From Eledone cirrhosa (Eukaryota), in assembly GCA_964016885.1 (NCBI GenBank), contig OZ024742.1, forward strand, positions 39,990,001 through 40,054,000: DNA of 64,000 nt. Direction: 5' to 3'. How positions within the stretch are numbered: position 1 is the stretch's first letter; the number at the start of each line of letters is the position of its first letter. The notes beneath the pieces were generated by a model, which saw only the letters and a program-made list of their open reading frames with translations, did not search any database and was not told the origin of the DNA. This document shows, in pieces, positions 25,691 through 38,720 of the stretch. The position numbers and the translations under genes are program-made.

Positions 25691-25925
25691 GAAAATATTT
25701 GACTCCGACGGCAGAGCTCAAGCCATTTCGATGGCTATTTCTGTACTAAATTAGAATTTTTATTTACCACGCTAAAAGTTCTAATTTAGTCCAGAAATAG
25801 CCGTCGAAACGGCTTGAGCTCTGCTGTCGGGGTCAAACATTTTCCTATTACCCACTCTACTACCCTAAGTATTGAGTACTATGGTGCATTATGGTCCATC
25901 TGGTTCCTTACCACACCTCCTTCAT
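25689..25925 (+). mobile_element. Family B Penelope-like end with 68-bp fold-back
   Basis: Arms 25689-25756 and 25779-25846, then the conserved tail TACCCACTCTACTACCCTAAGTATTGAGTACT...CTTACCACAC. Confidence 0.7.
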
Positions 25926-26346
25926 AAGTTTGAGTTTTGACTCTTCGCCTGAGTACTCACAGTTCATCAGACATGTCTACCCTGTCTGATGACCCTGTGA
26001 GTACACAGTCGAACATTTTATATAATTACAAGTCTCAAACTTGGCCTTAATATAGAATATATTAATCTCTATTATCATAATCGTTTAATCTCCATTTTCC
26101 ATGCTAGCATGGGTTAGACGGGTTGTCCCCATTAGAGGCAAGCCGTGAGTTGCTCATATAGAACTGTTTCTGCCTTCGTTTTTACAGCTGGATACCATTC
26201 CTAACGCCAACCACATATATATGATCTTAATTTTTCTGCAGAGTAAAACAAGATGATTTGTTTTGTATTGATAATTTTAACTACATGTTAAATGTATGCA
26301 TTTCTAATTTCCTTTTCTTTTTTGTATCTTTCAGATTAATATCATC

Positions 26347-26791
26347 ATGAATTTCTTATATATATTCATAGTCATGTTGTCTTTGATAACTTTTGCACAA
26401 GCTGCACACAACCAATGCCCACCAAATACATACTTCAGTACAGCTTTCGAAAGATGCCTTAACTGTTCAACATGTCCTGACAATGAGATAATTCGCACAC
26501 CATGCGGTCCTTACGCAGATCTTACATGCGGACCATTTGTGGAGTTCAACCGTTTCGTTGTTGGCGAGAAACAGAGACTGCAACGCAACAGAACTAGGAG
26601 TAGTCATCATAATCAACAGCACTGGAAACCTGAACGGAATAACAAGCCAGTGATAGACCATGATGTTTATAGTGATCGTCATAATAATAATAATAATAAT
26701 AATAATGATAATAATAATAATGATAATGATAATAATAATAACAATAATAATAACAATAACAATAATATTAATGATAATGATAATGATAATT

Positions 26792-26822
<31 letters not shown>

Positions 26823-27055
26823 CGTTGTTGATGATGATGATAATAATAATGGTTATGAAAAACCTCAGATGAACTCGCCTGCTTTAGTAACGACAATCAA
26901 TCAGGATACGACTCCTTGGAAAACTATTGCTCTATCTCTGATTAGTATTATTTGTACTAGTGTGGTTTTACTACTAGTTGCTGTAATATTTGTGCACTTC
27001 TACAAAAAGAGGAATTCTGGTTACGATAAAGAAGTCATCTATGAGACAACTAATG
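26347..27055 (+). CDS. TNF-receptor superfamily-like (Wengen-like, single CRD) type I membrane protein, first coding exon
   Basis: Acceptor (pyrimidine tract + TTTCAG) ends at 26334, ATG at 26347. Hydrophobic signal peptide MNFLYIFIVMLSLITFAQA; six-Cys CRD CPPNTYFSTAFERCLNCSTCPDNEIIRTPCGPYADLTC; Asn/Asp-rich stalk; TM helix IALSLISIICTSVVLLLVAVIFVHFY followed by KKR. Consensus donor G|GTAAGT at 27055/27056 (phase 1). Confidence 0.88.
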
Positions 27056-27101
27056 GTAAGTTATGTTTTTGTTCTTTCATGTGAAGAGATATGGTCTAGT
27101 G

Positions 27102-27255
27102 CAGTGGTTTCCAAAGTGGGTTCCACAAAGGACTGTTTGGGGTTCAGTGGACAAAGGTAGAGGAGTATATTTATATTACCACCATATAACAGTACTAGAT
27201 GTTGGGGTTCTGAACCAAAAAGGGTTCCACGTTTGAAAAAGTTTGGGAAACCCTG
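27102..27255. mobile_element. hAT (Charlie-like) MITE inserted in a SINE, 46 bp into the intron
   Basis: TIR CAGTGGTTTCCAAA / TTTGGGAAACCCTG; 8-bp TSD GTCTAG(T/G)G. Confidence 0.8.
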
Positions 27256-28253
27256 GTCTAGGGATTAGGGTGTTGGAGTCAGGATCACATGGTCATCGGT
27301 TTCCGTCTTGTATCAGGTGATGTATTGTGTTCTTGAGTATGACACTTTATTTCATACCACTCCAGTCTTCTCAAGTCCCATAAGTAAGTTGTAGCTGTAA
27401 TTTAAGAGGGGTTAGCCTTGTCATGCTGAATCACCCTGAGAACTACGGTAGGGGTACACATGTCTGGGGAATGCTCAGCCTCTTGCTGTTCCGTTGTTTG
27501 AACAAATGGAACACTCCTAATCTGAGCTGATGAAGGTTCAACAATATTCTTTCATATCCTAAATTAACCCTTAAAAGTTCCTAAAAATCAGATTTGTTAA
27601 TTCAAATGTTTATAGTATCTTTATTAATATATATTATTGTTATCACAAAACTGTTTATTTTATTTTTCATCGTAATTTTATGTAACAAACCTTTGTTAAG
27701 TTACACTCTAAGTATGACCTTGATAATTTTCAACATTATTTGAAAATCATATGCAATGGCTTTCAAAATATGGTAACATATGTAAATAAGACTTGAGTAA
27801 CAAGCAGCTGAAATGTTAATAGTATCTATGCTGAGATTAAACATGGAGTATCATGCTTTTAAAAAGACTAAAACAATTTGCACACACTCCACCTGCTCTC
27901 TCTTACTCTGCTATTGGTTTCACTTAGTTGATAGTGACTATGCTGGTGCACCATCTTGGATAGTTTTAGTTAATCATATTGAGACCCCAGTAAGTTTATT
28001 TTTGATGTTTGGTACTTATTTCATGTATTTCCAAAAGCACATATATATGCATGCTTGCACACAAGATGGGTTTCTGTTTACTAAATTTCACTTAGATTAA
28101 CTTAACCCATTTAAACCAGCCATTTCCAGCTAGAATTATCTCACCTCTTTCTGTTCAAACCAGCCGTAACTGGCAACTTATACTGATGTTAAGGTATTGT
28201 TCTCAAAATAAATAATAGGAAAATCTCATAGATTCAATATTATGTGAGATATT

Positions 28254-28430
28254 ATTGGCAGTATCGGTAGAGGGTCGGACGCCATGCTTTCCAGCATAGT
28301 TACGTCCCTTTACGATCTGAGTTCAAATCCCGCCGAGGTTGACTTTGCCTTTGATCCTTACGGGGTCGATAAAATAAAGTACCAGTAATGCACTGGGTAA
28401 TTGCTGGCCTTGTGCCTAAAGTAGAAACAA
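28254..28430 (+). mobile_element. SINE family 1 nested in a piggyBac-type MITE (28102-28502)
   Basis: Matches the family; MITE sequence resumes after AAACAATTAT. Confidence 0.88.
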
Positions 28431-29643
28431 TTATATGAGATAAAGCCTTTACCATGAAAATATAATAGTATATATAGAGTAATGTGAATGCTAAAGGGTT
28501 TAGGCAATATATACACATATAGTGGAAGGCACTTGGTTGAACCTGAAACCATGTATCCTTAACCATGCAGCTATACCTACATACACAGCCATGTTGGCAT
28601 GTGTTGGACAGGTTTTCTTCTGATCAGATAAGTCAGACAACACCTTCGTGCTCATACAGTGTAGAATGGCATGGTTTCTACAATTGTATGCCCTACCTAA
28701 TGCCAACCACTTTACAGCATGTCCTAAGTGCATTTTATTGTAGCACTAGCACAACTTTACATTTTATAATGACACCATCACCACCATTTTACAGAGTGAA
28801 CAGGGTGCATTTTATCATGGCAGCAACACTACCTCCTTACAGCATGTACTGTTTGCATTTTATCATGGAAACAGCACTGGCTTATAGTATAGACTGGGTG
28901 TAAGTGGCAGCAGCATCACAATTTATGAACAACATACAAGTCTCTGTTTCAAAGGACTTTATTGAGAAAGTACCAGTTATTATTCTGTTTTCTACCAATG
29001 TGTATATCCTTCACTGATATACATACACATACTTACATGTATAAAATGGGCTGTGATGGCACATGGTTTAGTGGTTAGGGGACTATGCTCGCTACTGTAA
29101 GATTGTGTATTTGATTCTTGGAATGGGTGGTGCATTATGAACTTAAACAAGAAACTGCAGTCGACTTATTTAGAAAAAATCAGTTGCGATGATACTGGTG
29201 ATGAAGCTGTATGAACAGAGGCCTTTGGACATCAGTGGCATGGAGATGGAAGACATGCATGGGTAATTGCTGGTCTTATACAAAACACTTTACTCAGGCT
29301 TGTGCTTCGATCAGGCAAAACCTTGGTCAGCCAGTCATGATTGATGGGGGCACTTACTTTTTAGAGTGGGTTTCCACAGTTTATCTCTCAAATATCACTC
29401 GCATAGTATTGGTGGGTCTCTGAGGGAATGGGGTTGTAAAACTAAATTACTGCTGTAATAATTCATCTTAGAATATTAATAATGAGGAAGTAGAGAGAGA
29501 AGGCCAAGAAAAGCATAGCTAAAGATGGTGTTAGTGAGGGAAAGATACAGATGATAGGGCAAAATTGTTAGTAGTCCCAATAAATGACTCCCCTAAACTG
29601 AACTTTATATCCACTGTCCATCATTATCCATCATAGTTGTCTC

Positions 29644-29845
29644 AGATTTTATTTCTAGTTTTATTTGTTTTTTTATCCATTTCTAGATTTTATTTCTAGT
29701 TTTATTTGTTTTTTGTCCATTTCTAGATTTTATTTCTAGTTTTATTTGTTTTTTATCCATTTCTAGATTTTATTTCTAGTTTTATTTGTTTTTTATCCAT
29801 TTCTAGATTTTATTTCTAGTTTTATTTGTTTTTTATCCATTTCTA
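29644..29845. repeat. Minisatellite, 40 bp x 5
   Basis: AGATTTTATTTCTAG at 29644, 29685, 29725, 29765, 29805. Confidence 0.95.
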
Positions 29846-30014
29846 TGATTCCTTAAAGTACTCAACTAAGAAATTTCAATCTCTCTGGATTTCATGAAAC
29901 TTTTCCCAAACATTTTAACTGTCATCAACTTAATAAAAGCCAAAAAGAATCCCTGCAAAATTATAATAATCAAATTTGAAATGTTGAAATTTCTTCAAAA
30001 TAGTAAGACTAGAG

Positions 30015-30045
<31 letters not shown>

Positions 30046-30691
30046 ATATATATAATCATCACCGTTTTATGTCAATGTATATATATATATATATATATAT
30101 AATCATCACCGTTTTATGTCAATGTATGTATATATATATATATATATATACATATATTATACACTGTATATAACATATCCTTCTCCACACATACACACAC
30201 ATATTGGATACATATTAGTGCAAGTAGAGTATAGGTAATTTAATTTAGTTAGCTTTGGTTTCAGCTAACCAAATTGAATTATATATACACATACATACGT
30301 ATGGATGTATATTCTTTTTCATAATTGCCATTAATGAAGTTATCTTCTCTTCAACTTGCACACAGTAACCTGTCTATTTGTAGAATATAAATAACTCTGT
30401 GGGTATATATAAAATTGGAATTCTTACCCCCAGATCTTGTGTTCAATTTCAGTTTAGGTGTTTTGTTGTGTAATTAAAGCAGTATGCTTAATTCTTCAGG
30501 CTTAACTATCAACAACAGAGATACCATATCATCTAAGAATGTTACCTGAGAAAAATTGCTAGTCTATCATAAGAGTGATTTTTATTTCACCTGTTTAATT
30601 AATTTTTAACATCCTGCAATGATTAGTAGAAAATAATTAAAATCATGTTTGTTAATTCATATGTGAAAATTTGCAGTATAGAGTAAAGATT

Positions 30692-30874
30692 TAATTCTTT
30701 CTACTTTTGGCACAAGGCCAGCAATTATCTCAGTGTATTACTGGTACTTTATTTTATTGACCCCGTAAGGATGAAAGGCAAAGTTAACCTCAGCGGGATT
30801 TGTACTCAGGCCATAAAGGGCCATAACTCTTTGCTGCAAAGCATGGCGTCCGACCCGCTACCAATACTGCCAAT
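30692..30874 (-). mobile_element. SINE family 1
   Basis: Matches the family with CpG decay; TSD ATTTAAT at 30689-95 and 30875-81. Confidence 0.88.
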
Positions 30875-32149
30875 ATTTAATGTGATGCAATCAGTGCTGT
30901 GTTGTATTTTTTTAAAGAATGTCATACTAATTTGGATTCATGTGGTACAAGTCAATAAGAGTTAATGTAGTACAGTTAATTCTTCACACTTAGCTTGTCA
31001 TGAACAGATATATCAGATCATTTGGGAATGCTACCTGAGAAAGATTGCTATCCTCTCTTGAGAGAGAGGGAGAGAGATTTCTATCTTACCTGCTTAATTA
31101 ATATCATAAATCTGTGCCTTAGAGCAGTTCTTAATAGCTCTCTAGCTAGACCTTAGGAGAGAGAGAGAGAGAGTTAGTGAGAGAGAAACTTTACACATGC
31201 TATCATCAATGTTGATAGGGCTAGAGTGCATGATTGCAGCTAGACTCCTCACTAGCAACAAATATAAGTTCATATGCCAGCAGAATCATTTGGATGTTAG
31301 CCAAGATGGCTGACACTATTTGTTTCTTTTTGGTACAGGTCAACTTTGCCTTTCATCTATTCCGGATTGATAGAATGAAGTACCAGTCAAGTACTGGGGT
31401 TGATATTATTGACTTCTCTGCCTCCTCCTCCTCCTCCTAAAAAATTGCTGATCTTGTGCCTAAATTAGGAACTGTTCTTCTGGGTGAACAACAGAACTAA
31501 TGTTGGTTGAGTAAGCATATTGTTGGATAAGAAATGGAGCTGAGGTAGTTTATAGAATAATTAAACTTTGGAATCTGACCCAATCATCATCATCATCATC
31601 ATTAGACCACAGTAGTAGACAGCCACAATCTCACCCTATCCATTGTAGCTTTCATAATCAGTAGCCCTTTTGAAATGAAATGAAATGAAATTTATAGATC
31701 ACACTGATGTAAGTTTAACTGGCCTTCTTCAAGATTGTATCTCATAGAAGGTATCTTGTATGTTTTAATGATAAAGGACTTCAGTCCTAATCATGAAGCA
31801 TCTTGCTCAAAAACACAATGTGCTATCTAATTCATGAATGAAACCCATGACCTTATGATCCTGAGTCCAAAGCTTTAACTATAGTGTTCTGCAGTGAGAG
31901 GATGGGAAGCTCGAGATGTTTGCTATTGCATGGTGTTATGTCAGTCTGAATCAGTAGGTTGATGGGGGGGGGATATGTATGGAATGCCTATGGCACTGAG
32001 ACAAGGGGAAAAAAAAAAGGTTGGAAATGTAACTACAAGTGTTTGCTGGAGGGGGAGGAGGCAAATGCATGTGAGAAAAAGGAACTAAACTTAACTAAAC
32101 CATACAGAGGACCACTATTTCAGTTGATAGTTTTACAGTTTATAGGTTA

Positions 32150-32990
32150 GTGAAGGTTATGAAAACAGCTGGACCATCAGGGATAGTCACTGTTGCGATG
32201 TTTACCCAGTCAAGTAGTTAGTTGACGTGACTAGTGTAGTAGCACCTTACAAAGACAAAAGATGCTCAACAAAGAAGCAACTACAAAAGTATCAAATTGA
32301 TGGACTTGGTTATAATACAAGAGTTATAACTCAATTCAGTAAGAAAATAATTAACTTTGATGAGATGCAGTTTAGTTTAACGTCAAGACAGAGTACCACC
32401 AATGCCATCTTCCTGTTGAGATAACTGTGAGAGAATTGTTTAGCTAAGTGTAAGCCATTAACTATACTTGAAATGCTCTGTAGACTGGCAGTTGCTAAGG
32501 ATACTAGATGTAAATGTATGATTTATAAGAGCTGTGTGTAAGCAATTAACACTTTTGTTACTATATTTCTATTGAAAGACCTCCTATGGTATTCAAATAT
32601 TTTTTTTAATATTCAAGAATTTTAAGTGATTTAATAATATAACAACTTTCTCATCACTAAGTCTGTGTTTGGAACATAACAAAGATTCTTACATAAAATT
32701 ATAAAAAGAATTTTTTTAAACAAATATAAATATAAACACTTTCAAACAAACAACTTTGTATCATAGAATCAGGGTAGTCTGATATCAAAAGGGTTGACAG
32801 AGATGCTGTACACAATGTGAAACTCGGCAATAAAATCAGCAGTTAGTTGTCCATAAGGGCTTGGTTTTCAGCCCTATCTTGTTTATTAAAGTTCTCCAGG
32901 TTATATATAACAGGAGTTTATAATCGGCTCTCTGAGGGAATTCTTGTGTCCTGAGTGCTGATTACCTAGTTCACATATCTGAATCTGTTT
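32150..32990 (+). pseudogene. Highly decayed RTE RT fragment interrupted by a TTAA MITE
   Basis: DEMQFSLTSRQSTTNAIFLLR resembles the RTE motif DEMQFGFxPGRxTTDAIFIxR. Confidence 0.6.
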
Positions 32991-33811
32991 AAATAAATAA
33001 ATTTAAATAAATTTCAAAGACAAACAATATAGCTTAACAGGTAAGAAGGCAGAAATTTGTTCCGTCTTATGGGAAGAGGACATGCTCAGTGGAATGGAAG
33101 GGCCTTTCTGTTGGTTTCAATGATGTTCCAATTTTTCCATTGATAGAACAACCGGCTCATGAAATTAACGTGTAAATGGCTAAGCATTCCACATACACAT
33201 TTACCCATAACACAGTTCTCAGGGAGATTCAGTATGACACAGCATATGGCAAGGCTAGCCTTTTGAATTTCATGTTCAGTACATCTGATGGGCTTCTCAA
33301 CAGTTTCCATTTGACCTAAGGTTATGGTAAATGCTAATTGCCTAAATGCCATGCAGTAAGATTGAACTGGAACCCAATGTTGTAAATCAAATTCCTTGAC
33401 CCTTTCATGTCTGTATTTCTAATGAAATATACATTATTTCAATTAATTAATGAAAAACTTTGAGGGATTTACTTGGATTATTAACGATTTCATTACTAAG
33501 ATAGTAACTTAATGTAAGATTTTTATATAAAATTATGTTGGAAGATTTTGATTTAAATTGCAAACCTTTAAAATGGGTGGTTTTATTTCATAGGACCAGA
33601 GCCAGTTTTGACCGGATTGGTAACTAAAGGGTTAACCATTTGGTTATGCTGCATCCACACATACTCAGTATGCAGAAAAGGAATAGGTAGAAATTCCATA
33701 CGGTGTGCCTAATTGTAAACTATTTGTAGTATGCAAGAGGTGCAATTTAATCGAACTTTAAAGCAAAGTAAACTTCTGAACTACATAACCACCCAAACCT
33801 GCACCTTGTAT

Positions 33812-34618
33812 TCATCATTATCATCACCATCATCATCGTTTAACGTCTATCTTCCACGCTAGCATGGGTTTGGACGGGAATTTTCCCACTTGAGGCAAGA
33901 TTGGTTGTCTTGCTTGTATAGGACTGTCTGGCGGGTTTTCTACGGCTGGATGCCCTTCCTAACACCAACCACGTTTACAGTGTGGACTGGGAGGTTTTTA
34001 CCGTGTTACCTACACGGCCACATTACAGCGTGGACTGTGTTTTTTTTTTGTCGTGACACCTACACAACCTCATTTATTTTGGACTGGATATTGTGGTACC
34101 AACATAACTTTACATCGAAAGGAGTGGTGTGGATGGGGTGGGGTAGTGGGACGAGGGTGTATTTTGGTAAGAGGTGCCTACTGACTGTAAGTTTTGCTTT
34201 GCAAGGCGGGTCTTCTGTATTACTGCGTAGCGCCAAAGATCTCGGTCCAGTGACATTGTCTTGGAGAGGTGTAAGTGTGTGAGGTTAGAATTTATCAAGT
34301 CATCCCAGGTTTTTCTGGGTCTGCCTACTCCGTGGCTACCGTCTATTTTGATCGCCCTGCACTTTTTTATACAGCTGTCGTCTTTCATGCGCATCACATG
34401 ACCAAACCAACGTAGTCTTCTCTCGAGTAAACAACATCTGATCCCTCTTATTCCTAATTTCTCACTTAGTTCATTTATGCTTTGCCGTTCACGTATATTA
34501 CTATTACACATCCAACGGAACATGCAAGCTTCGTTCCTCTCCAGTCTGCGTAGATCCTCTGCACGCAATGCCCAAGTCTCACTGCCATGTAACATTGCTG
34601 TTCGTATGCAGGCATCAT
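33812..34618 (-). mobile_element. RTE LINE 3' portion, same family as 40541-42159
   Basis: MLHGSETWALRAEDLRRLERNEA...GRPRKTW is nearly identical; (GAT)n tail. Confidence 0.93.
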
Positions 34619-36045
34619 ATATATATAAATATAATAAATATTCATATGGTTATGTTAAAATTCAGATTTATCCATGAATATTTCAGATACATTGATTTAG
34701 TTGAGTAAATCTTTTCTCTAAATATATATTTAAAAAATACATAATGGAGAGAAAAGTATATTCAGCAATTACTTGATTGATTTAATTCTATAATTAGAAG
34801 CACATCTGATTGATAATTTACATTATCTTTCTTAATGATAAATTTGGAAATGATTTCAGTGTTTCTTCTCCTATTGTTATTTACATTTTGATTAGAAGAT
34901 ACACATTTTGGTATTTGAATTTAATTTCTTTTAGAATGAATAAAAATAAAATTGTTAGATTTCTGTTGTTATAAAAAGGTTATTTAAAATATCATCACCA
35001 TCATCATCATTGTCATTTGACATCATCTTTTTCCATGCTGGTATATGCTGGATGATAGTTACTTTTAGGTCGGTTCCATATTGGCATAGGTTGTTCAGGT
35101 AATATTTGGGTTAATTGTGTTGGAATGTTTAACCCTTTCACATTTACATTACTCTACTATTGTATTTTCATTTTTGAGAACAATACCCTAACGTCAGTAT
35201 GAGTGGCCACTTACGGCCGGTTTAAACAGAAAGAGATGAGAGAATTCTGGTCGGATATGGCCAGTTTAACCCTTTAGTGTTCAAACCGGCCAGAATTCTC
35301 TACCTCTTTCTGTTGAAACTGGCTGTAACTGGTCGCTTAAACTGATGTTAAGATATTGTTTTCAAAAAATACTTTCAAAATCTCATAGATTCGATATTAT
35401 GTGAGATAATTATGTGAGGTATAGCCTTTACCATTAAAATATAATAGTATATATAGAGTAATGTGAATGCTAAAGGGTTAAATGCTATATAGAGTTAACT
35501 TTTGTGTTTGTGATAATGATAGAATGGTTTTCAGTCAGCGGAAGTTCTGCAATCTAACTTGAAGCTGGTAATATATACAATCATGATGACATTTTGCCAG
35601 ATATTAGATCACTTTCTTCATTAATTCTTGCTTATCACTTACCCTTCTCATCAATAATTCTTTGTTTGTTTTGCACTTGTATTATTGAAATAAAGTTGAT
35701 TACAATTATATATCAGTCTACATCATAAATTATGTATCAGTCTTCTACTTCAAATAGATATCCTTAATAATAAAATAGAAGGCTCCCCTTTGGTCTTGAC
35801 TGACTATGGGTTTGCACCTGGAAGGTCTTTCTTCTAGGTGTAAGTCTGGGCAAGGTGATTTTTGAAGACTAGCAGTTACCCATTTTCACATCACCATTGA
35901 TGTCCAAGAGAATGGCAAAGGCTGAGTGAACTTGACACCAGTGCCATCACGATTCATACATACAATATATTGTCCTACCCTAGCGTGGAAGATGAATGTT
36001 AAACGATGATGATGATGATGATGAATATATATATATATATATACA

Positions 36046-36144
36046 CAGGGTGTTCCCAAAAATGTATGCAAACTTTGATTACCTGTACAGACAATATTTA
36101 TTAGAATGCACTGCCTTTGTGTATACATTTTTTGGGACACCCTG
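36046..36144. mobile_element. Tc1/mariner-type mini-MITE
   Basis: CAGGGTG(T)TCCCAAAAA / TTTTTGGGACACCCTG-TA; a half copy at ~17340-17391. Confidence 0.8.
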
Positions 36145-38339
36145 TATATATATGTATCATAGATACACTATGTTGCACTATATACACTAAGATATGATAT
36201 CCAAGAGAAAGGCAAAAGCCAGAACAGCTCGACACCTGTCACAACTCATCTTTACCTGCTGAATGAACTGCAGCAACATGAAATAAGTGTCTTACTCAAG
36301 GACACAATGCACTGCCTTGTCAGGATTGAACTCACAACATAATGATCATGAGCCCAACACCCTAACCACAAAGCCCAGCACCTTCAAGAACATTATTGCA
36401 AATTATTTAACCAAGGAATATATTATATGTATTAAATTTGTATGGTTTTGCAATTTATATTTAATTTGTTGTCAACTCTTGTATTGAACTTTCCCCCAAC
36501 TATGTTTTCTGTATTTGCTTTGTTTGTATTCCATAATATAAATTTAGTTTTTTAATAGCTTCAGGTGTTTTTACATATTAAATTTATTGTGATTAAAACA
36601 AAAAGTTTACAAAGTCGAATTCAATGCAACTTAATATGCAACAAGCATTTTAACCCTTTTGTGACCATATATCCAACAAGAGTATGCCTCCTTTGTATTT
36701 TAATTATCAAAATAATAAAAAATTATGATAGGTTTTCTGAAATAACTAACTTTCAATATAATAATAAAAGACAAAATATTTAATGTCGTTGGCCCCAGTT
36801 ATTGCCAAAGTTTAGAAATATTGATTAAATTATGGACTTAAAAGCTTTGTTGTTCCAAATAAACTGCCATGGTCTTGTAAGAAAATACATGAGAATGTTC
36901 TGAAGAAATTTAAATAACAAATGTATAAAGTATGTATGTATATATGTGGGTGTGTGTGTATTAATTTTGTTTTTAGTCTGATGATTAGATTGATGCTTGA
37001 GTCAGGTCTATAATACAAATATGGACCTTGTACCATTCATCTGTGAAACGTACATAACTGGTTGATAATCAATAAAAACATTCATGTGAAACATATGTGT
37101 GCCATGATGTGCCCCTTTCAACCTTCCCAGAATGACCAAGGCAGCATAGAGTAGAGAAGATTCTTTAGTTAGATTGTTTAAAAAATGACATTCTCTCTAG
37201 TGTAGGTGCACCCAATACACTCTGATTAGGGGTAGTGCTAATGTCATGATGAAAGCACCCGGTACACTTTGTATAGTGGTTAGCATTAGGAAGAGCTGTC
37301 TAGCTATAGAAACCAAGTCAACATAGGGAACATATGTGCGAGTGGTTCCTCAACCCATCTAGTTATAACTTTGTCGACCTGGCCAACCCATGCCAGCATG
37401 GAAAGTAATGGTAAAATGGTGATGACTACAACGATTAATAAACCTTGAAGTGATGAAATATACACAGATGGGCTACAGTCTTGCCTTTCTATGTTCCTAC
37501 ACTTAGAGTGTACTGGATGCATTTTATCATGACACCAACACAGGGAGGTTGTACCTTTGATACAACTGAAGAGTTCTCTCAGCCCTTTGTTTGGCAAGAT
37601 TTTATACATTAAACTTTTGTCATACCTCCAATGAAAGTATTAAATATTGTGGCCAATATCTGAAGTTCAAGTTTATAATTACCTCTTAATATCTTGTACC
37701 ACATGGAACCATATCAGCAAGATATTCTTGAAAAGTACAAAGCAATACTAAGTAAAGACACTATAAGCATTTGAATTAACAAACTCATTTTTAGATATTT
37801 TATATACTAAATCATTACAGGGTGTACATTATTTTCATTAAGGTGTGGAAATGTATATCATTCATGTTCTTCTTTTCTTTTAAGACTTGTTAACCCTTTA
37901 GCATTTAAATCGGCCGTGTCCAGCCAGAATTCTCTCATCTCTTTCTGTTTAACACTTTAATGTTCTAACCGGCCAAAACCGGCCAGAATTCTCTACCTCT
38001 TTCTGTTGAAACTGGCTCAAACTGATGTTACGGTATTATTCTCAAAATAAATACTTTCAAAATCTCATAGATTCGATATTATGTGAAGTAAACCTTGAAA
38101 ATATAATAGTATATATAGAGTAATGTGAATGCTAAAGGGTTAAACCAGTTGAAACTGGCTGATTATACTCAAAATAAATAAATCAAAATCTTGTAGATTT
38201 GATATTATGTGAGATAAAGTAAATGCTAAAGGGTTAAAGTCTATTTTAACCAGTTTAAGAAACTGGAAATTTATGGCACATTTTTAGTTTTCTAGTAAAT
38301 CTTAACTTGATTGACTGTCTGTCTCTATACATTCACTGT

Positions 38340-38720
38340 ATTCTTTTAAGTCTGTCTAATTCTTGATATTATCCATCCATGTTTCTTCCTTTTCATCATC
38401 ACTTTACTATCTATTTTAAGATTCTGTAAGCTTTTTTTTCTAATTAAGTCACCAAAATATTTTAGTTTTCTCTCTTTAGTGATGTCTAATAAGAATAACG
38501 GGTGTGTGTGTGTGTGGGGGGGGGGGGTGCTTTACCACATTCAGTACATCATCATTGCTTTTGATATTCTGTCTGTTCACATCTCAGAGGTTTGTAGGTT
38601 TGTAATCTATTGATAAACACTTCAGTTAATATCTATGTTCCAGTTCCATATAGTAGAGTGGACCATATATAACACTTTAATAATCTTTTTTCTAGTTTGT
38701 ATATTTTTACCTGATGCAAG
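38340..38720 (-). pseudogene. Decayed RTE-type LINE fragment
   Basis: RLLKCYIWSTLLYG motif. Confidence 0.55.

Noticed and set aside
27056-27084. C-terminus GKLCFCSFM of ORF 26347-27084 as the real protein end
   Set aside because: It begins at a perfect GTAAGT donor and is intron read-through. Likewise 44399-44435 is intronic.
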